Positions 27,500 to 31,479 of a stretch of 31,479 nucleotides of DNA are shown piece by piece (the first letter of the stretch is position 1; every line of letters begins with the position of its first letter). The notes under the pieces were generated by a model. That model was not told the origin of the DNA. It worked only from the letters and a program-made list of their open reading frames with translations, and did not search any database. The stretch lies in the NCBI GenBank assembly GCA_035559535.1, contig DATMBG010000007.1, forward strand, positions 62,001 to 93,479, read 5' to 3'. The stretch is from Candidatus Limnocylindrales bacterium (GTDB taxonomy: Bacteria; Moduliflexota; Moduliflexia; Moduliflexales; JAUQPW01). The position numbers were made by a program, and so were the translations under genes.

Positions 27500-28228
27500 C
27501 TAAACCTTAGCGGGTTGTTGAAGAGTTTTTTGACCGGACTGACTTTGTTGACCGGACTGACCTTGTTGAACCTGTTGATTTTGTTCCTTGGACTGATTAT
27601 TCCTCGAAAGAACTTCTCCTTTAAAAATCCAAACCTTGACCCCTATCAATCCATAAGTGGTCAGGGCTTGTGAAAAACCATAATCGATATCAGCCCGTAA
27701 AGTATGTAGAGGAACTCTCCCCTCTCGATACCATTCGGTTCTGGCCATTTCCGAACCATCTAACCGACCACTACAGGAAACCTTGATGCCATAAGCCCCC
27801 AAGCGCATAGCCGACGATACACTTCTTTTCATGGCACGGCGAAACGAAACTCTTCTTTCCAGTTGAAGAGCTATATTTTCAGCCACTAATTGAGCATCAA
27901 GCTCTGCTCTTCTAACTTCATAGATATTGACCTGGATTTGTTTACCGGTAAGGGCTTGCAGACTTTTCTTCAATTTATCGACCTCTGCACCTTTCCGACC
28001 GATGATAATTCCGGGGCGTGCAGTATGAATATTTACGGTAGTCTTCTCAGCAGCCCGCTCGATTTCAACTTTAGAAATCCCGGCATGGGATAATTTGTCT
28101 TTGACAAAATTTCGGATTTTCAAGTCTTCATGGAGCAGATCTGCATAATTCTTCTCCGCATACCATTTAGAGTTCCAAGTCTTAATAATTCCTAATCTTA
28201 AACCTATTGGATTAACTTTTTGTCCCAA
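27500..28228 (-). CDS. rpsC: 30S ribosomal protein S3
   Basis: [30 protein letters not shown] start with GGAGGT. Confidence 0.99.
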   Translation of the reverse strand: MGQKVNPIGLRLGIIKTWNSKWYAEKNYADLLHEDLKIRNFVKDKLSHAGISKVEIERAAEKTTVNIHTARPGIIIGRKGAEVDKLKKSLQALTGKQIQVNIYEVRRAELDAQLVAENIALQLERRVSFRRAMKRSVSSAMRLGAYGIKVSCSGRLDGSEMARTEWYREGRVPLHTLRADIDYGFSQALTTYGLIGVKVWIFKGEVLSRNNQSKEQNQQVQQGQSGQQSQSGQKTLQQPAKV

Positions 28229-28244
28229 GCATTACCTCCCTCCT

Positions 28245-28302
28245 TGTTGATTGTTGATCGTCCATTAGATTTTAGTCCCTCCTGGACGATCGACAATGAA
28301 CA
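28245..28302. repeat. Heptamer hairpin, rplV/rpsC
   Basis: TGTTGAT TGTTGAT CGTCCA / TGGACGA TCGACAA TGAACA. Confidence 0.8.
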
Positions 28303-28306
28303 CTAA

Positions 28307-28648
28307 TTATTCCTTTGGTTTTTCATCTAAAATAATGGTAATATGGCTGGATCTCTTTCGAATTGGCGTTGCACGCCCCATAGCCCTTGGTAAATACCTT
28401 CGCTGGGTTGGGCCATCATCTGCAAAAGCCTGACTAATGTAGAGGGCATCCACGTCGGCTTCAGAATTTTCTTCTGCGTTAGCAATAGCCGAGCGTAAAA
28501 TTTTAGCAATGGTACGAGCAACCGCTTTCGGGGAATATTCCAGGATATTCAGGGCTTCTTCTACCGGTTTACCCCGGATGAGATCGATGACGAGTCTGGC
28601 TTTTTGAGGTGAAACCCGAATGTATCGTCCTACGGCTTTGGCTACCAC
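28307..28648 (-). CDS. rplV: 50S ribosomal protein L22
   Basis: [30 protein letters not shown]. Confidence 0.99.
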   Translation of the reverse strand: MVAKAVGRYIRVSPQKARLVIDLIRGKPVEEALNILEYSPKAVARTIAKILRSAIANAEENSEADVDALYISQAFADDGPTQRRYLPRAMGRATPIRKRSSHITIILDEKPKE

Positions 28649-28656
28649 ATCTGTTT

Positions 28657-28735
28657 AAGTGTTCTAAAGTGAGCTAGACGGTTTAAAGTTTTTATGGCTT
28701 GTCATTTCAGGTTTTCTAGCTCACTTCAGGCACCC
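28657..28735 (-). repeat. Nonamer-type hairpin, rpsS/rplV
   Basis: AAGTGTTCTAAAGTGAGCTAGA / TCTAGCTCACTTCAGGCACCC. Confidence 0.85.
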
Positions 28736-28739
28736 TAGC

Positions 28740-29045
28740 TTATTTTTCTGTCCTTTCTCCGGCTTTCTTTACCGTGGTTGTTTTCTCACTTTTCCCGTGT
28801 CCTCGATAGGTTCTGGTGGGTGCAAACTCACCCAGTTTATGTCCCACCATATTTTCGGTTATAAACACCGGAATAAACTTTTTACCGTTATGAACGGCAA
28901 AATAATGACCTACGAATTCAGGAATAATGGTAGAACGCCGGGACCAGGTCCGAATGGGCTTTCTTTCCCCGGTTTGAGCCATTTTTCTTACTTTTCTCAA
29001 CAGGCTTTCATCTACGAAAGGACCTTTCTTAACTGAACGGGGCAT
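28740..29045 (-). CDS. rpsS: 30S ribosomal protein S19
   Basis: [31 protein letters not shown]. Confidence 0.99.
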   Translation of the reverse strand: MPRSVKKGPFVDESLLRKVRKMAQTGERKPIRTWSRRSTIIPEFVGHYFAVHNGKKFIPVFITENMVGHKLGEFAPTRTYRGHGKSEKTTTVKKAGERTEK

Positions 29046-29052
29046 ATTTTCA

Positions 29053-29103
29053 GAAGATAGAAGTCAGAAGCCAGGGATTTTCTGACTTCTGACTTTTATC
29101 TTC
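29053..29103 (-). repeat. Heptamer hairpin (TCAGAAG), rplB/rpsS
   Basis: 22-bp arms GAAGATAGAAGTCAGAAGCCAG / CTGACTTCTGACTTTTATCTTC. Confidence 0.88.
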
Positions 29104-29104
29104 C

Positions 29105-29926
29105 TTATTTACGGCGCTTTATAATTAATTTATCAGAAGGTTTTTTCTTTCGAGTTTTATAGCCTTTAGTCGGCATACCCCAAGGACTGACCGGATGTCG
29201 ACCTCCAGAAGTTTTTCCTTCTCCTCCCCCCATGGGATGGTCTACAGGATTCATGGCCACTCCCCGAACACGGGGTCGCCTTCCCAACCATCTGGATCTG
29301 CCGGCTTTTCCAATGCTAATGTTTTCATGTTCTATATTACCTACGGTTCCGATAGTTGCCGAACAATCCAGATGAATAAGTCGAATCTCGCCTGAAGGAA
29401 GCTTTACCTGGGCATAATCTCCTTCCTTGGCCATAATCTGAGCACTATTTCCGGCACTCCTAACCAGTTGTCCGCCTCTACCTTTTTTGAGTTCGATATT
29501 ATGGATATCCGTTCCCACGGGGATGTTCCTTAAAGGAAGGCAATTACCCACTTTGATATCTGCCTCCGGTCCGGCCACCACCGTATCTCCTACCTTCAGC
29601 CCTAAGGGAGCCAGGATATATCTCTTTTCTCCGTCCAGGTAATGGAGTAAAGCAATTCTGGCAGATCTATTGGGATCGTATTCAATGGCCGCTACTTTCG
29701 CCGGAATAGCAATTTTATCTCGCTTAAAATCGATGATTCGATAAAAACGTTTATGACCTCCACCCCGATGACGACTGGTAATTCTTCCGGCGTTATTTCT
29801 TCCTCCCGTTTTTTTAAGCGGCTTAATTAATTTCTTTTCAGGCTCTGTCTTGGTAATCTCTTCAAACGTATAACCGGTCCGAAATCTTATACCCGGTGAG
29901 GTCGGTTTATATGTTTTAATACCCAT
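29105..29926 (-). CDS. rplB: 50S ribosomal protein L2
   Basis: [30 protein letters not shown]. Confidence 0.99.
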   Translation of the reverse strand: MGIKTYKPTSPGIRFRTGYTFEEITKTEPEKKLIKPLKKTGGRNNAGRITSRHRGGGHKRFYRIIDFKRDKIAIPAKVAAIEYDPNRSARIALLHYLDGEKRYILAPLGLKVGDTVVAGPEADIKVGNCLPLRNIPVGTDIHNIELKKGRGGQLVRSAGNSAQIMAKEGDYAQVKLPSGEIRLIHLDCSATIGTVGNIEHENISIGKAGRSRWLGRRPRVRGVAMNPVDHPMGGGEGKTSGGRHPVSPWGMPTKGYKTRKKKPSDKLIIKRRK

Positions 29927-29929
29927 CGC

Positions 29930-29995
29930 AGGAAGTCAGAAGTCAGAAGTTAAGATCGTTTTCTCCAGACTTCTGACTTCTGATCTCTGACTCCT
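29930..29995 (-). repeat. Heptamer hairpin (TCAGAAG), rplW/rplB
   Basis: AGGAAG TCAGAAG TCAGAAGT / ACTTCTG ACTTCTG ATCTCTG ACTCCT. Confidence 0.88.
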
Positions 29996-29999
29996 AGTC

Positions 30000-30287
30000 T
30001 TATTCTAAGATCGGGATTTTATCTCCTTCCCTTAAGGTCGCAATCGCTTTCTTCCAATCCGGTCGTTTACCAGAAGTTCGACCTCGCCTTCTCACTTTGC
30101 CAAGAACGTTGATGGTATTCACTTTTAACACTTTGACTGCAAAAATCTCTTCGAGGGCCTTTTTTATTTCAATTTTATTGGCGTTTCGATCTACCTCAAA
30201 GACATATTTATTGTATTTGGCTTTCAGGCGAGAATTTTTCTCCGAAAAAAGTGGTCGTTTGATAATGCTATACACGTCTTTTTTCAT
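30000..30287 (-). CDS. rplW: 50S ribosomal protein L23
   Basis: [29 protein letters not shown] overlap with rplD. Confidence 0.98.
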   Translation of the reverse strand: MKKDVYSIIKRPLFSEKNSRLKAKYNKYVFEVDRNANKIEIKKALEEIFAVKVLKVNTINVLGKVRRRGRTSGKRPDWKKAIATLREGDKIPILE

Positions 30288-30916
30288 GGTACCAATGCCC
30301 CTTCCAAATAATCTACGCCTGATTTATCTAAAATAAGATAATCATGTCGTAAAGCTGTATAAACGTCTAGATGCTCCACACGCACGACCCCTACACCGGG
30401 GATATTCCGTGCAGACCTCCATACCCACTCTGTCCAATCTCCAAGGGCCAACAGGGCAGAGGGTTCTTCGCTTCCTGTTAAACCCTTTAAAATCTTATAC
30501 ATTTCTTTGGTTTTGGGCTTCTCCAGGTTAAACCTGTCTACCACGAGGAGTTTAGATTCCCTCAATTTAGCGGTTAAAACAGATCTTAAGGCAGATCTTC
30601 GGACTTTTTTGGGAACAGAATAAGAATAATCCCTGGGTTTGGGACCGAAAACGACACCCCCACCTCGCCAGAGAGGGGAACGAATAGTTCCAGCCCTGGC
30701 GCGACCGGTTCCTTTCTGTCTCCAAGGCTTCCGTCCACCCCCACTTACTTCCGATCTGCCCTTTGTAGAGGCGGTTCCTTGCCGTCTATTGGCTAATTGG
30801 GCACGAACGACCTCATGAACCACATGCTCTTTGATCTCCCCATCAAAGACTTCCGGGTTGAGGTTCCTCTCCTCTACTTTTGAATTGTTAATATCTACAA
30901 TATTTATCGTAGGCAC
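30284..30916 (-). CDS. rplD: 50S ribosomal protein L4
   Basis: [35 protein letters not shown] 30916 preceded by AGGAG. Confidence 0.99.
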   Translation of the reverse strand: MPTINIVDINNSKVEERNLNPEVFDGEIKEHVVHEVVRAQLANRRQGTASTKGRSEVSGGGRKPWRQKGTGRARAGTIRSPLWRGGGVVFGPKPRDYSYSVPKKVRRSALRSVLTAKLRESKLLVVDRFNLEKPKTKEMYKILKGLTGSEEPSALLALGDWTEWVWRSARNIPGVGVVRVEHLDVYTALRHDYLILDKSGVDYLEGALVP

Positions 30917-30930
30917 CGGTACTCCTGCAG

Positions 30931-30985
30931 AAGAGTGTGGGCATATGGCAACAGAATGATCCTGTTGCCATATGCCCACACTCTT
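30931..30985. repeat. Perfect 24-bp inverted repeat, rpsJ/rplD
   Basis: AAGAGTGTGGGCATATGGCAACAG aatgatc CTGTTGCCATATGCCCACACTCTT. Confidence 0.95.
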
Positions 30986-31294
30986 TTATAACTTGATTTT
31001 CACATCGACCCCTGCTGGTAAATCCAACCGCATTAAAGCATCCACCGTTTGGGGAGTTGGTTCAAGAATATCTAGAATTCTTTTATGGGTTCTGATCTCA
31101 AATTGCTCCCGAGATTTTTTATCCACATGGGGAGATCGAAGGACTGTAAACCTACTGATTTTTGTAGGCAAAGGAATAGGGCCGACCACCCTTGAGCCGG
31201 TACTTTGGGCCGTGTTAACAATCTCGACTACCGATTGATCCAGCAGTTGATGATCATAAGCTTTTAAACAGATTCGAATATTCTGATTCGGCAT
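30986..31294 (-). CDS. rpsJ: 30S ribosomal protein S10
   Basis: [27 protein letters not shown]. Confidence 0.99.
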   Translation of the reverse strand: MPNQNIRICLKAYDHQLLDQSVVEIVNTAQSTGSRVVGPIPLPTKISRFTVLRSPHVDKKSREQFEIRTHKRILDILEPTPQTVDALMRLDLPAGVDVKIKL

Positions 31295-31300
31295 AATCCC

Positions 31301-31371
31301 GAAATCAGGAGGCAGTTTTCAGGAGTCCGTTTAAATAAATTTTCTTTCTCCTGAATCTTTTCTCCTGACTC
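31301..31371 (-). repeat. Heptamer-type hairpin (TCAGGAG), tuf/rpsJ
   Basis: GAAATCAGGAG..TCAGGAG / CTCCTGA..CTCCTGACTC, 14-nt period. Confidence 0.8.
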
Positions 31372-31374
31372 TCT

Positions 31375-31479
31375 CTACTCAAGAATATCACTGACCACTC
31401 CAGCCCCTACCGTCTTCCCTCCTTCCCGTATCGCAAACCTCAACTCCTTCTCCATCGCAACCGGTGTGATCAACTCCGC
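31375..31479 (-). CDS. tuf: Elongation factor Tu, 3' end only
   Basis: Manual translation [34 protein letters not shown]. Confidence 0.97.
   Translation of the reverse strand, partial: AELITPVAMEKELRFAIREGGKTVGAGVVSDILE

Noticed and set aside
12887-30979. Longer N-termini in the ORF track (12887, rpsK 17907, secY 21897, rplO 22425, rplR 23635, rpsH 24711, rplD 30979)
   Set aside because: The extensions merely translate spacer hairpin sequence; family N-termini or SD positions point to later starts.
144-31238. Many short opposite-strand or alternate-frame ORFs in the track (e.g. 1737-2198, 10425-10901, 12121-12696, 18400-18732)
   Set aside because: They shadow well-conserved genes and show no recognisable motifs; 18400-18732 is antisense to rpmJ and two hairpins.
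16712-31374. Spacer repeats as a CRISPR array
   Set aside because: No constant repeat with regular spacers and no cas genes; the repeats differ at each site and are separated by whole genes.
17403-31374. Internal hairpins as intrinsic terminators
   Set aside because: Most lack a U tract on the mRNA strand, have long imperfect stems with large loops, and lie inside a normally co-transcribed cluster.
1-31479. tRNA, rRNA, transposase, integrase or defence genes
   Set aside because: None recognisable; any enzyme acting on the hairpins would have to be encoded elsewhere.

Overview
A core housekeeping region of a bacterial chromosome, probably a diderm; I cannot assign the taxon from sequence alone. 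The + strand carries mfd (5'-truncated), surA-like PPIase, an S4/Hsp15-like protein, accD, folC, DUF1015, murB-ftsQ-ftsA-ftsZ, an orphan Pro/Tyr-rich lipoprotein, pgeF, a plsC-like acyltransferase and a probable rpoZ. The - strand carries the tuf 3' end, the S10-spc-alpha ribosomal protein cluster and pilD. Two things are not ordinary. (1) rplC and rpoA are cleanly absent from their conserved positions. (2) About 22 of the 29 junctions from tuf to rplQ, and about 7 on the + strand, are filled by long hairpins. Most are built from different 7-, 8- or 9-mer tandem repeats followed by their inverted complement. They typically run from just after a stop codon to just before the next start codon, and many downstream genes have no adjacent Shine-Dalgarno (SD). 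At adk a perfect AGGAGG lies 98 nt upstream, on the far side of the hairpin. The same element types also occur in-frame in mfd and in the C-termini of L15 and L30. All pairings were assigned by eye; no folding or database search was run.
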